In this document: piece by piece, positions 25,326 to 37,221 of the stretch
Layout of the letters: the number at the start of each line of letters is the position of its first letter
Position numbering within the stretch: position 1 is the first letter of the stretch
Source of the DNA: Neophaeotheca triangularis
Taxonomy: Eukaryota
Direction of reading: 5' to 3'
DNA length: 64,000 bases
NCBI GenBank assembly: GCA_054600435.1
Contig: BAAIJX010000024.1
Coordinates: 62,001 to 126,000, forward strand
Translations under genes and position numbers: made by a program
The notes under the pieces: generated by a model
Database searches by the model: none
The model's input: the letters and a program-made list of their open reading frames with translations, nothing else
Told to the model about the DNA's origin: nothing

Positions 25326-26014
25326 ATGGCAGCACCTCCGCCGCCGCCCCCTCAATGGGTGCTAGACCTCAACTCGACGCCTCCATCAAAAGCGAAAGCA
25401 GCGTCCGCGATGCCCGACCCTCCAGGGTTCTCCTCTCCCCTTGTGATATCTGGCAACAAGACCGGCGGGGCCAAGAATAATAAGAACGCACCTACGCCTC
25501 GAAAGCCGCCATCAGCAGAAGAGATGGACCAGCTCAAGCTCAAGAAGGCCTGGGAGGTTGCGATAGCGCCTGCGAAACAACTGCCTATGAACGCTTTCGG
25601 CATGTACATGACGGGCAACTCGTTGCAGATCTTCAGCATATTCATGGTCTTTACACTCTTCAAGGGACCGGTACAGGTGGGTTGAAGTAGGATACATTCA
25701 TTTGCGATTCAGTAATATTGACGCCTGGTTCATAGGCTCTTCTCAATATCCAGAACCAGTTTCAGCGCTTCGAGACGGACGGCACAAGGCAGCAGATGCT
25801 TGTTGTCAAGGCTGCGTTTGTTGCATGCAACTGTTTGGCACTCGCTTTGGGAATCTGGAAGGTCGACGCTATGGGTCTTCTACCGTAAGTTCAGGTTGAC
25901 GCAATCTACAAGTTTTCCTCTCTGACTCATTATCACAGAACTACAAGGTCAGATTGGCTAGCATGGGAGACGGCGCGGGAGCCACTGGAATATGCCTATT
26001 TTGTACCTTCGTAG
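25326..26014 (+). CDS. EMC4: ER membrane protein complex subunit 4, 3 exons
   Basis: LKLKKAWEVAIAPAKQLPMNAFGMYMTGNSLQIFSIFMV...GIWKVDAMGLLP|TTRSDWLAWE; two GT-AG introns. Confidence 0.93.
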
Positions 26015-26171
26015 CAAACATACCCGTTAGTGCGATATGAATGCCTTCAGCGGCTGTTGTTTTTGACATTCTGTAGCGATGCTTTTTCAATGCTGCGGAA
26101 ATGGCATCGCGACTTTCCCTGCACAATGAGACGGACCGATAGCATCAGCATCTTTAGGGTGCTCTTTAAGT

Positions 26172-27239
26172 CTACATTTTGTGCACTTCCCTGACCTTTC
26201 GGTCCTTGCCAACCACCAACCTCAACTGCTTGCCTTTCTCCGAGTAGATGCCATTGCGAAGGACATCGGTGTACAGCTCATATGCGGAGTAATAGCCATT
26301 CACAAAATTGATGACCTGCTCATCCGTCATTCCCGTGCCTTTGGCAGCACGTAAGGCAGCTTCCTGTTGCAAACGCCAATCGTACACGAACTGGGTATTT
26401 TCAGCGTCGATCTGCATGAAAGCCCCAAGACGGTCCGTAATGCCATCATACGCCCTCAGCGCATTGTTGACGGACTTGACGTGGTCGAGCTGCAGCCTTC
26501 CCAGCTGGCCCTCATACAAATTATCTCTCTCCAATTCGGCCTTCGCAGACTGCCATTTCCTCTCCACCTGCTCATCGCTCAAAGCCCGAAAGCCAACGCA
26601 CCAGCCCTCGAAGATGATGACCTCGACCGGCGGTTGGCCATCTCGGTTGACAGTCTCCCATTCGGCTTCCGGTCGACGATCACCTTGACCCGAGAAGGCG
26701 GCTTTGTCGTAAGACGGGATCTTGATGTTTGGCCTACGGGAGGCCAGTGCATCGAATAACTTGACGCCGAGCTCGATCTCATGGGTAGCGGGCTGTCCGC
26801 GGTGCTGCACAAGAGGATTCTCAGGTTGAGACTTGGCCAGGCTCTGCTGCTCGTGGTGGGGCAGATACAAATCATCGATAGACAGCACTGCAACTGGGAG
26901 ATTGTGCGGTGTCGATGAAAGAGTGCTGCTTAGAGTCTCGACCTACCGTACTTTGTCTCAGCTTATGAACCGCACCGCTGACAGCAAAGAACAAGTGTTG
27001 CCTCTAGAAGATCGGTGTCGAAGAGACAGCATATGGGCAATGGACAGGGCGAATCGTGAGCCGAGGGACAAATTGCAACCTACCAATGTTGTTTTACCGG
27101 CACCTTGCACTCCGTTCAGTCCTACGAAGAACGGTGGTGCTTTCTTGCCTTTGTCTGCATAATGTTGTTGGTGTGACTTGATGTGCGCGAGGATGAAGGG
27201 CACACAGTGCTCAGACTTGTCGTCAATAATGTCCGGCAT
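26172..27239 (-). CDS. TDA10: P-loop kinase, TDA10/D-glycerate 3-kinase-like, 2 exons
   Basis: Walker A GLNGVQGAGKTTL, SIDDLYL, NPLVQHRGQPATH, IPSYDK, IIFEGWCVGF, VYDWRLQQE. Intron at about 26944-27083. Confidence 0.88.
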
Positions 27240-27529
27240 AATTGACCAAGCACGTAATGCTTTGTTTGATGTTTAATACTGAGGTGAGACAAGGTGGTGG
27301 ATGTGCATGTGTATGTGCATGTGATAGGTGCCCAGGTGGTGTCTGCGTCGATGTTCTGCCTCAGGTGAAGTCCGGGGCATATGCATTGTGAACATGTGAA
27401 AGCGTGGCAGTTGTGGGAAAAGTGGAGTAGTGTTGTGTGGGGTTTGGATGGATGAAGCCGAAGTTAGGAGGTACCTGGTAGTGCCGGTCGCACCTTCCGC
27501 TTGCAGGCAGGCCCTATTATTACGTCGTA

Positions 27530-27535
27530 CCGAGG
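27530..27535. promoter_or_regulatory. Candidate FarA/CTF1-type fatty-acid response element (CCGAGG/CCTCGG) about 200 bp upstream of FOX2
   Basis: Exact 6-mer in the promoter of a beta-oxidation gene. It matches the known Aspergillus FarA/FarB core, but a 6-mer could arise by chance. Confidence 0.5.
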
Positions 27536-27727
27536 CCCGACGCACTTCTGAACCGACGACAACATGATGAGCATCCATGCTCGTGCCAGACGGCTGTCAT
27601 TTATCTAGTTAGCTTTCCCTCTTTTGATACTTACCTTACTCTTCTCGCCCTTCTCTTCTCGCTACACCTCGATCTAGTCTTCTTTACCCCCTTAGCAGTG
27701 CTTAACATCGCCATCGTAGTCACCATC

Positions 27728-30665
27728 ATGGCAGATCAACTCCGATATGACGGCCAAACCGTTGTTGTCACAGGAGCTGGAGGAGGACTCGGCAAGTCAT
27801 ATGCTACCTTCTTCGCTTCCCGCGGTGCCAACGTAGTCGTCAACGACCTTGGCGGTTCCTTCAAAGGTGAAGGTGGAGGCAATGCGGTAGGAAACACAGC
27901 GATCTTACAGCTTTCCGAGATGTGCGTACTGACAAACACGTGACAGGCTGCCGACAAGGTCGTCAACGAGATCAAGTCTGCCGGCGGTAACGCAGTCGCC
28001 AACTACGACTCGGTCGAGAATGGCGACAAGATCATTGAGACGGCTATCAAGGCCTTTGGCCGGATAGATGTGCTCATCAACAACGCTGGTATCCTCAGGG
28101 ATATCAGCTTCAAGAACATGAAGGACGAGGACTGGGACCTGATCATGAAGGTTCACGTGGTGGGAGCGTACAAGGTAGGGACGCAAGCTGCGATTCCGTA
28201 GCGCAAGATCCGGTTGGACTTACAGAATACAGTGTGCCAAAGCAGCATGGCCGCACTTCCGAAAGCAAAAGTACGGAAGAGTGATCAGCACCGCGTCAGC
28301 CGCTGGTCTCTTCGGCAGCTTCGGGCAGTGCAACTACTCTGCCGCCAAGCTGTCCCAGGTCGGCTTCACCGAGTCGCTCGCGAAAGAGGGTCTCAAGTAC
28401 AACATCCTCTGCAACGTTATTGCACCTATCGCAGCATCCCGAATGACTGCCACAGTCATGCCTCCCGAAGTGTTGGATGCCTTGAAGCCCGAGTGGGTGG
28501 TACCGTTGGTCGCCGTACTGGCCCACAAGTCGAACGAGAACGAGACTGGAGCTATTTTCGAAGTAGGAGGAGGTCACATGGCGAAGCTGAGGTGGGAGAG
28601 AGCGAAGGGCCAGCTTCTCAGGGCAGACGACAGCTACACACCCGGCGCACTGCTGGCCAAGTGGGATGGTGTGAGCGACTTCAGCAAGCCCAGCTACCCA
28701 ACAGGCGTCGCAAATTTCATGGAGCTACTGGAGGAGGCACAGAAGCTACCACCCAACCCGCCCGCGGAGATGGTCGAGTTCAACGGCAAGGTCGTACTAA
28801 TCACCGGGGCTGGTGCTGGTCTTGGGCGCATCTACGCATTGCAGTTCGCGAAGGCTGGTGCCAAGGTTGTCGTCAACGACCTTATGGACCCGGAGCCCTG
28901 CGTTCAGGAAATCAAAAAGATGGGTGGGAAGGCGATCGGCGTCAAGGCGTCGGCAGAGGACGGCGACAGAGTCGTCAAGGAGACCATCGATGCTTTTGGC
29001 CGCATTGATGTCATTGTCAACAACGCAGGTATTCTGCGAGACAAGGCATTCCACAACATGGACGACAAGATGTTCCACCAGGTGCTCGACGTGCACTTGC
29101 GTGGTACCTACAAGGTCACCAAGGCGGCCTGGCCTTACATGCTCAAGCAGAAGTATGGCCGCATCGTCAACACCACCTCGACTTCCGGCATTTACGGCAA
29201 CTTCGGCCAGGCCAACTACGCCGCAGCCAAGTGTGGCATCCTCGGTTTCTCTCGCGCGCTGGCCAGAGAGGGTGCCAAGTACAACATCTACGTCAACACC
29301 ATCGCTCCGAACGCCGGTACCAACATGACAAGGACTATTATGCCCGAGGAGATGGTACAGGCATTCAAGCCTGATTACGTCGCTCCCCTTGTTGTTGCTC
29401 TGTGTTCCGACAAGGTACCAGAGCCAGCCACCGGCCGTCTCTTTGAAGTCGGTTCCGGCTGGGCAGCCGAGACCAGATGGCAGCGTTCTGGCGGCTACGG
29501 CTTCCCCGTCGATGTCCAGCTCACACCCGAGGAGGTCAAGTCCAAGTGGGACACGATCCTCAACTTCGACGACGGCCGCGCCGACCACCCTACCGACCCA
29601 TCTGCTGGCACGGAGAAGATAATGGCGAACATGGAAAACAGGGCCAAGGGCTCGAAGAAGTCCAAGGGTGATGACGAGGACCACCTGGCCAACATTGAGA
29701 AAGCCAAGAAGGCCCAGGCTGACGGCACTGACTTTGAGTACACTGAGCGGGACGTGATTCTCTACAGTAAGTCTAGGCACAAGCCACTACACTTATTTCT
29801 GCTACTGACATTTCTTCACAGACTTGGGCATCGGCGCCAAGCGTACCGATCTTCCCTATGTCTTCGAGAACGATGAGAAGTTCCAAGTTGTGCCCACCTT
29901 TGGTGTCATCCCAACATTCAACGCCCAGGCACCCTTCAGCATGTCTGAGCTCGTACCCAACTTCTCGCCCATGATGCTGTTGCACGGCGAACAGTTCCTC
30001 GAAATCCGCTCCTTCCCTATCCCCACCGAAGCCGTCACCACCTCCTTCCCCAAACTCGTTGAAGTCGTTGACAAGGGCAACGCAGGCATCGTCGTCACGG
30101 GTTCAACCACCAAGGACAAGAAGTCCGGCAAGGAGCTCTTCTACAACGAATCGACCGTCTTCATTCGCGGATCGGGAGGTTTCGGTGGCCCGAAGAAGGG
30201 TGGTGACCGTGGCGCTGCGACTCGCGTCTACACCCCACCCAAACGTGCCCCCGACACCGTGGTCGAGGAGAAGACCACCGAGGAGCAGGCAGCTCTCTAC
30301 CGCCTCAGCGGCGACCGCAACCCCCTGCACATCGACCCCGAGTTTAGCAAGGTCGGCGGCTTCAAGACCCCCATCTTACACGGCCTGTGCTTCTTCGGTA
30401 TCGCCGGTAAGGCTGTCGTGCAGACCTACGGCATGTTCAGGAACATCAAGGTCCGCTTCGCCGGTGTCGTGCTCCCCGGACAGACTATTCAGACCGAGAT
30501 GTGGCGAGATGGTGGGCTTGTTATCTTCCAGAGCAAGGTGAAAGAGACGGTAATAAACTCCTAGCCAAATTTTACCTGCTCATTGCTAACATTCTCCAAC
30601 AGGGCAAACTCTGTATCGCCGGGGCAGGAGCTGAGCTGATGAGCGGAGGACAGAGCAAGCTCTAA
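27728..30665 (+). CDS. FOX2: Peroxisomal multifunctional beta-oxidation enzyme (two SDR domains + MaoC-type hydratase), 5 exons
   Basis: Two SDR domains (VTGAGGGLG / [27 protein letters not shown]). Hydratase motif [14 protein letters not shown]...ILHGLC. C-terminal PTS1 SKL*. Confidence 0.97.
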
Positions 30666-30852
30666 GGGTCTAACACGATCCCAGATAACCTTTTTCTAAG
30701 AGGAGTAAGTAGATGGCTCCCATGGGAATTTGATGGGGAGTAGCATGGCGTATGTAGCCCGCCTTGTATTCTATGCTTTCGTTAATCATCTCTTGATTAC
30801 GGGAACGACCATGCCAACGCGTGAGGTGACGGTAAATGAGCCCGATTTTGAT

Positions 30853-30865
30853 ATGGTGCCACGTG
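30853..30865. promoter_or_regulatory. Candidate sulfur-regulon site: ATGGTGCCAC (1 mismatch to CYS-3/MetR ATGRYRYCAT) overlapping the E-box CACGTG
   Basis: About 320 bp upstream of cystathionine beta-lyase; motif match only. Confidence 0.3.
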
Positions 30866-31178
30866 CTCGGCTCTTCCTATTGACTGCCGAAGCTGGGGGC
30901 CGACATCGGCTTGACTGAAAAGGCGTCATTCTGCAAGGGTCGACGACTCAAGAGTCACGAGGCGACGACTGCTGATTTTACATCACGTTATTATTTCACC
31001 TCACCCACTCTTCCTTACCCTAACCATATCATTGACCCCGACCCACACATACTACAAGTAGTACTCGTCTCACCACCACCTCGAGACGTAGCCCACCATT
31101 CCGCCACCCACCTAAAGGATCGCATATAGAGGTCTCTGGTCCTCTTCAAAAACCACCACCCCCTCCCCCGCTATTATC

Positions 31179-32537
31179 ATGTCTTCCAACACCGCCAATG
31201 GCGCTGGCCCTTCGGCCCCGGTAAAGGCCTTGAACGGCCTTGACTTGGACGGCCACGATATGCCTCCGTCCCCGGCTCCCTCGACGCCGACCAATGGCCG
31301 CAAGTACGCGCTTGCGACAGAGTTGGTGTACACCGAGAGCAACGACCAGTTCAACTCGTCTAGCACGCCTATCTACCAGAGCGCCACTTTCAAGGGCGGC
31401 CCGGGCCAAGAGTATGACTACACTCGCTCTGGGAACCCTACGCGCACTCATTTGGAGAGACACCTTGCCAAGATCATGGGCGCACAAAGAGCGCTGGTAG
31501 TGTCGAGTGGTATGGGTGCCATGGATGTTATTACTCGTGGCTTGAAGCCCGGCGACGAGGTCGTCACAGGTGATGACCTGTACGGAGGCACGAACAGACT
31601 GTTGGGACATTTGCAGAACACCGGAGGGATCAAAGTCAAGCACGTGGATACGACGCGAGTGGAGGTGGTCAAGGCCGCATTGACGGACAAGACGGCTATG
31701 GTGTTGCTAGAGACGCCCACGAACCCTTTGATCAAGATCGTGGATATTGCTTCGATCGCCAATGCCGCTCACGAAGCGAACCCGGAGGCTTTGGTTGCGG
31801 TCGACAACACCATGCTCAGCCCCTACCTTTCCAACCCATTGGAACTCGGTGCAGATGTCGTCTACGAGTCTGGCACCAAATATCTGTCTGGCCATCACGA
31901 TGTCATGGCTGGTGTCATTGGTATCAACAAACCTGCACTAGGTGACAAGTTTTTCTTTATTATCAACAGCACCGGCTGCGGTCTCGCACCCTTCGATTCG
32001 TGGTTGCTTCTCCGCGGCATCAAAACTCTAGCAGTGCGCATGGAAAAGCAACAAGCCAGCGCCATGGCGATTGCCACCTTCCTCGAGAACCACGGATTCC
32101 GTGTTCGTTACCCCGGTCTGAAATCACACCCTCAACACAGCTTGCACTCTTCGCAATCAAGAGGCTCTGGCGCCGTTCTTTCCTTCGAGACGGGAAGCAT
32201 TCCTCTCTCCGAACGCATTGTGGAAGCGGCGCAGCTATTCGGCATCTCCGTCTCCTTTGGCTGCGTGAACAGTTTGATTTCCATGCCATGCCGTATGAGC
32301 CACGCCAGTATCGACCCCGCCGTCAGGAAGGAGAGGGCCCTACCCGAAGACATTATTAGGCTGTGCATCGGCATCGAAGACCTGGGTGATTTGCTAGACG
32401 ATTTGCGACAAGCGCTCGTTAGGGCTGGTGCAGTGAAGCTAAGTGGTGATAGCTTCAGGGCGCTGGGGCAGAACGAGGTTTTGGAGAAGGAGGGTGAGCT
32501 TTCTGGGAAAACGAGGGACGTCGTAGATGAGCCATGA
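31179..32537 (+). CDS. STR3: Cystathionine beta-lyase (Cys/Met PLP-dependent family)
   Basis: PIYQSATF, YDYTRSGNPTR, DDLYGGT, LETPTNP, VDNT, PLP lysine in ESGTKYLSGHHD, SVSFGCVNSLISMPCRMSHAS. Confidence 0.92.
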   Translation: MSSNTANGAGPSAPVKALNGLDLDGHDMPPSPAPSTPTNGRKYALATELVYTESNDQFNSSSTPIYQSATFKGGPGQEYDYTRSGNPTRTHLERHLAKIMGAQRALVVSSGMGAMDVITRGLKPGDEVVTGDDLYGGTNRLLGHLQNTGGIKVKHVDTTRVEVVKAALTDKTAMVLLETPTNPLIKIVDIASIANAAHEANPEALVAVDNTMLSPYLSNPLELGADVVYESGTKYLSGHHDVMAGVIGINKPALGDKFFFIINSTGCGLAPFDSWLLLRGIKTLAVRMEKQQASAMAIATFLENHGFRVRYPGLKSHPQHSLHSSQSRGSGAVLSFETGSIPLSERIVEAAQLFGISVSFGCVNSLISMPCRMSHASIDPAVRKERALPEDIIRLCIGIEDLGDLLDDLRQALVRAGAVKLSGDSFRALGQNEVLEKEGELSGKTRDVVDEP

Positions 32538-33105
32538 TCCTTCCCATAAATGTGTTTCAGCATGAACGAGCGCACTACTGATCGGTAGAGAAACATGTAT
32601 TTTGGAAATCCTGATGCCAATGATATCGCTTTGCATGCTCCTGGCGAATACTAGTGCATTCAGCCTCGACAACGGAGTGGATATCGCTCTTTTGCTGCTG
32701 AGTGGCCTTCAATGAGCCGCAACGCTGGGAACCGATCAGCTTCTTTGTTCCATGCCTCCTAGCCCTCGACGGAGACAATGGATCCACACTCAGACCCTTT
32801 CAACGTACAATGGGGATCACTGCCACATCTCATGTTCTTTGACACGCGCACAATGGTATTGAGACTTTCCTTTGACGGCTTATGCAAGGCCTCGAAATGC
32901 AAGGCATTTTGCATGGATTTATACCTCTCAGCAATGCTGCCTGTTACACGCTTTCTTTTCCTCCCCCAGCGGCGTCCACTGATCGATTGAACACCAGCGA
33001 CAAGACCTTTGTTCTACTCGATCAAGACAATCTTCTTGCCACTCACTAATACAGCACTCGCTAACCCCCTACAGCTTACTCCACTAACCCACCGAATCCC
33101 GCGCC

Positions 33106-33735
33106 ATGCCCGGACTTGGTAGAGTACCGGGTCGAAATGACCGCAGGACCACCAGACGGGCCGTTTCCTACGCGGACGACGCAGCTAACACGTCTTTAAC
33201 CGCGCCGGCCTCTCCACCGAGGGCCATGTTCTCCGACTCTGACCATTCACCTTCCCCCCCTCGTCAATCAACTCAAATGCAAGCCACGGGCTACCGCGAT
33301 GACACCATCTCTCCCGCATCAACCAACACAGCGTCTCAGGAGCCGCCGTCCAGCATGGAACCGCCAGCCAGGACTCCTCAGCTCAGACCAGCAGCCCGCC
33401 AAAGTCCTTATCCGTCCCCGTCCACAACTACCCGCCGTCGTGGCTCAGCGACCACTCGACTCCCCTGGCCACACCCAAGAGTCACGATTCTACAAGATCA
33501 GATTCTGCCAACGGGGGAGACCGAGTACCAGATCGCGCGCGGCGGTGTAAAGGAGGAGGGTTGGGCTCCCGCCGAGGACGTCCCACAGGCCGCTGTCAGG
33601 TACTGGGACGCGACTCACGCGCCAATCGCTAACTACACCAGGGCTGAACGAGTGGCAGCCGCCCGACTGCTCGCCGCGGTCGAGGGCACAGAAATGGAGC
33701 CGACAGAGGCCCAAGACGAGAGCGCTAGGCGCTAA
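33106..33735 (+). CDS. Hypothetical 209-aa protein: disordered N-terminus plus degenerate chromodomain-like segment
   Basis: ATG in good context (cgccATG), intact ORF; segment VTILQDQILPTGETEYQIARGGVKEEGWAPAEDVPQAAVRYW. Confidence 0.55.
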   Translation: MPGLGRVPGRNDRRTTRRAVSYADDAANTSLTAPASPPRAMFSDSDHSPSPPRQSTQMQATGYRDDTISPASTNTASQEPPSSMEPPARTPQLRPAARQSPYPSPSTTTRRRGSATTRLPWPHPRVTILQDQILPTGETEYQIARGGVKEEGWAPAEDVPQAAVRYWDATHAPIANYTRAERVAAARLLAAVEGTEMEPTEAQDESARR

Positions 33736-35124
33736 ACAACAGCAACAACCCCCCAAAAAAAAGGAGAGGAAAAGACCAAAAAAGAGGTAGGTTTTTTGCA
33801 GCGTTCGGGTAAGTTGGTTTTCAATGTTTTTCGCGCATGTGTTTGAGCAAGCCTGCTCCACCCCTTTTCCTTTGGCGTCGAGTTTTCTTTTCCTTTCCCT
33901 GTCCTTCGGGGCGGGGCGAGTGCGTCTTTCTGGATCGGCATATGGCCGTGTTTAATGGTCCCCTGGTTTATAATCGGGGACTGTCGCATTGCCTGGCAGT
34001 GTTTAGTGGTTTCCTGGTTTATAATCGGAGATTGCTTACGCTGCCTTCGGGGGGCCCCCTAGTACATAGTTGGGAGGTTCTTTGCTAAATTGCTGGTTTG
34101 GTGGATGTATAAGTGCTCGGCGCCCGTGTAGGGGTGCATAGGTACAAAAATAAAAATGAAATAATCCAGAAAGGTAAGGGTCACTTCTTTCGTCTCTCCT
34201 GTATCTCCTTGAACCTCGAGGTCTAACGGCGGCGATCAAATCTCTGCCGCTACTCACTCTGTGTGCCGCCTAATGCCGTTTCTTGCTGCGCTCTCATGCT
34301 GTAGATCTTGTCTCGAGAAAGAGCATCGAACCTCGTAATTGATCAAGGTGTCAACGTCCATTTTCGTGCAAATCCGAAGCATCCTGCAAAGTCTGATGTC
34401 TTCGTCGATAGTAAAAACACTGGTGGTATCGCTCCTGAGCATCCAGAAAATCGAGCAGTCTAAGTTTTGGCGGAATTCCTTCTCTCTTCCACCAGCTTCG
34501 CTATCTGTCTGTCTATAGTGGGAAACGGCTATCGCTCTGAACAATGAGTTTGCACTACTATTACCTCGCCAAAACTCGGAGCCCCACGAGAGGAGAATAG
34601 TTTCTTAAGATCCAGCCACAGGGGTCAATGGCGCTCGAGGGGGACCCGTAGTTGCTCCCTAGAATGAGAGCAGGTCAGCTTTGACCAGTTGCGACATGAA
34701 GAAAGGCAATGGAAAAGGTTTTGTGCGAGGAACTGTTGGCAGCATCAATAGAGAGGAACAGAAGCAACAGAATAAAGTAGAAGTCTCGGCCTTTCATATA
34801 AACACAGCGCAGCAGAGTAGCATACTCGGAATTTTGCAAACTTGAAGCACAGCACAGCTGGCGTTGCTTTATTCTCCATACCGCTACCAACACAAGCTCG
34901 CAGAGCCCAGACGACACCGCCGAAGTTGCTCGAACAGACGACATTGATTCCATGCGCGCAAAAGGCCACAAACGCCCGATGAGCGCAGTCAAAGCCGAGT
35001 GGTATCCAACGCAGAAACCCCCGAAACCAGTCAGAAAAAGGACAACATCAAATCGTTTCAAGCCATCCTCATCAGAACAAAAAGAATCAACTTTTCCATC
35101 GAAACCTCAAATGCATCTCCTACA

Positions 35125-37221
35125 TCACTCCCCGGCCGCCCTAACGGCAAGCGTAAGCTTCTCATTGCGCTCCAGCGCAATCTCCAAATCCTCATCGCCC
35201 TCGAGACGATAATACTCCCCATCCGTTTCATCCCTGTACTCAATCTCGAGTTCCTCTTCATCCTCCTCGCCGTAGCCACCTGCGGCGCCGCCAGTGTTGA
35301 ATTCGAGCCGTCGACGCTCGACAATTTTTCGGTAGAGATCGTGGAAGTTGAATTGGTTGCGGCCAGCCATGCGGAGCACGACGCACGTATCGCGGTCGAA
35401 CCAAGCCTTGACCTTGACTGGGGCGGACGCAGAGTTTTGTTGCGGGCGAAGGGTGGTGGTTGTCTGGGTAGTTGTTGTTTGGGAATGGGTCGTGTAGGCT
35501 GAGGGGGAGCGGTAGTGGTTCTGTTGCTGAGGCTGTTGGGGTGGAGGTTGGCCGCGCGCGCTGGAGAGGGATTGTTGTTGCCGTTGGTGTTGGGCATAGG
35601 AGGCGGGAGCGGCATTGGAGCTTTGACTTTGACTGTAGGTGTGAAGATTCGTGTCCGAGCCTTGACCTTGATTTCGAGAATACGATTGGCTGTGATTGTG
35701 TTGGATTTGGGGCTGGGCGGTGTTGTAGCTGTTTTGTGAAGAGGCGGAGTATCTTTGCTGTTGTTGCTCTATCGGCCGCGCGTGATCGTTGAGGTCGATG
35801 ACGCCGGGGTCGACTTCGTAATCACCCTCTCTGCGGGAGAAGAAAGTCCGGACGAGCGAGGATCCTGTAATGTGAGGTTGCAATCTCAGGAGATCTCGTA
35901 GGTACTCATCGAGATTTACTCTCCGGCCCTCGCTGATATTGTCAGTCACGAACTTGACAGGCCCGGGCATATATGGCAAGATTCGCGGTTTGCCTGCTAC
36001 TTGCCCAGCCTCCTCTGGGAAAGCATTTATTAGGTTGATCTGAAGCTCGTAGAAATCCTCGTAGATGCGCGACAGATCCCAGTGCGAGCCATCAGCAAGC
36101 CGACACTCGACAATGAAGTGAAACTTGTCGTCAGCGAAGATGTATCGAGGCACTGATGCGCGCATGGGGGCAAAGAGAGTTTGCTCCTGTTGCTGCTGGT
36201 ACGCGGCTTGAGAAGGCGTCCTCTGGTGGCCATTTGGCTGGTGTCCATTGGAGGCAAGGCTCATACGGTCCATGCCTTGGCTCAGACCACCCATTCCTTG
36301 CTGGCTACTCGTCACTGTGCCTAAAGGTATGCTCGTGTTCTTGTACTCGGCCGCCATCTTCTTCCACTCCTCTACTCGAGGTATCCCCGCTGCCGCCACA
36401 GCCGCCGCAGAGTCTTCCGCAGCCAGACCTGTCTTTGCATCTCTGATCTCAATGAAGGAGACCGGTATCAGACCCGGGCCGCCGAGCCGAGTGATGGGCT
36501 TCGCAACAAACCACTCCGGATTTGACTGCGCAATGACAATAATAGCCTCGCCCTCTTTCGCATCCAGCTCATCCGGTCTCTCAGCCTGAAAGTCATAAGA
36601 CACGATCCCATAGACGCCCCCACCAGCTCTCCCGACCGACTTGCTCGTCCGATGACCCCCCGGCGCACTCGTCGGCGCTTCGTACTGCTGTCCCATCATA
36701 GTACTCGACCTGGAGGCACCTACACTCCTGGCACCCTCAGCATACCCAGAATCATGCGTTGCGCTGCCGGTGGACCTGGTTGATCCCGCGCTATCCCTGA
36801 CAGTCTTGCCGATCTCTCCAAAGTACTTGACCGGTACGAGGCCCCTCGTGCCCTGCAGCGGGTTGCAGGCCTCGTACCAATCTGTGTCGTCCTCGCGAGC
36901 GACCACGTGCAAGAAATCACCGGCGGAGAAGGAAAGGTAATCGGGGGAGTCGGTGGGGGCACGATAGTCGTAGAGGGCTTTGATCACCTGCAAGGCGTTG
37001 TTAGAAACACTTAATGCCGCAGCCGTGGAAACATACAGGGCAATGCGCACCTTTTTCGGGGGCTCAATGGCTATAGCATCCTTTTGTGGTATAGAGATCT
37101 GAACGGGCTTGGCCGAGTCGTGTTTGTCGCTCTTGACAGAGCGCCGGAACTGCATGACGCTGTGGATTAGCTTGTGCGCTCGTGTGTCGCTGTGGGTGCC
37201 GATTGCGCCCACCTTGACCAT
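35125..37221 (-). CDS. BEM1: Polarity/NADPH-oxidase scaffold Bem1/BemA/Scd2 (SH3-SH3-PX-PB1), 3 exons
   Basis: SH3 VIKALYDY...GLVPVKYF; SH3 YDFQAERPDEL...GPGLIPVSFI; PX LSRIYEDFYELQI...LPYMPGP; C-terminal PB1. Introns 37150-37212 and 36988-37050. Confidence 0.95.
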   Translation of the reverse strand: MVKVGAIGTHSDTRAHKLIHSVMQFRRSVKSDKHDSAKPVQISIPQKDAIAIEPPKKVRIALYVSTAAALSVSNNALQVIKALYDYRAPTDSPDYLSFSAGDFLHVVAREDDTDWYEACNPLQGTRGLVPVKYFGEIGKTVRDSAGSTRSTGSATHDSGYAEGARSVGASRSSTMMGQQYEAPTSAPGGHRTSKSVGRAGGGVYGIVSYDFQAERPDELDAKEGEAIIVIAQSNPEWFVAKPITRLGGPGLIPVSFIEIRDAKTGLAAEDSAAAVAAAGIPRVEEWKKMAAEYKNTSIPLGTVTSSQQGMGGLSQGMDRMSLASNGHQPNGHQRTPSQAAYQQQQEQTLFAPMRASVPRYIFADDKFHFIVECRLADGSHWDLSRIYEDFYELQINLINAFPEEAGQVAGKPRILPYMPGPVKFVTDNISEGRRVNLDEYLRDLLRLQPHITGSSLVRTFFSRREGDYEVDPGVIDLNDHARPIEQQQQRYSASSQNSYNTAQPQIQHNHSQSYSRNQGQGSDTNLHTYSQSQSSNAAPASYAQHQRQQQSLSSARGQPPPQQPQQQNHYRSPSAYTTHSQTTTTQTTTTLRPQQNSASAPVKVKAWFDRDTCVVLRMAGRNQFNFHDLYRKIVERRRLEFNTGGAAGGYGEEDEEELEIEYRDETDGEYYRLEGDEDLEIALERNEKLTLAVRAAGE

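Noticed and set aside
28797..29780. 327-aa antisense ORF in FOX2 (similarly 20445-21431)
   Set aside because: Codon-bias shadow of a real gene on the other strand.
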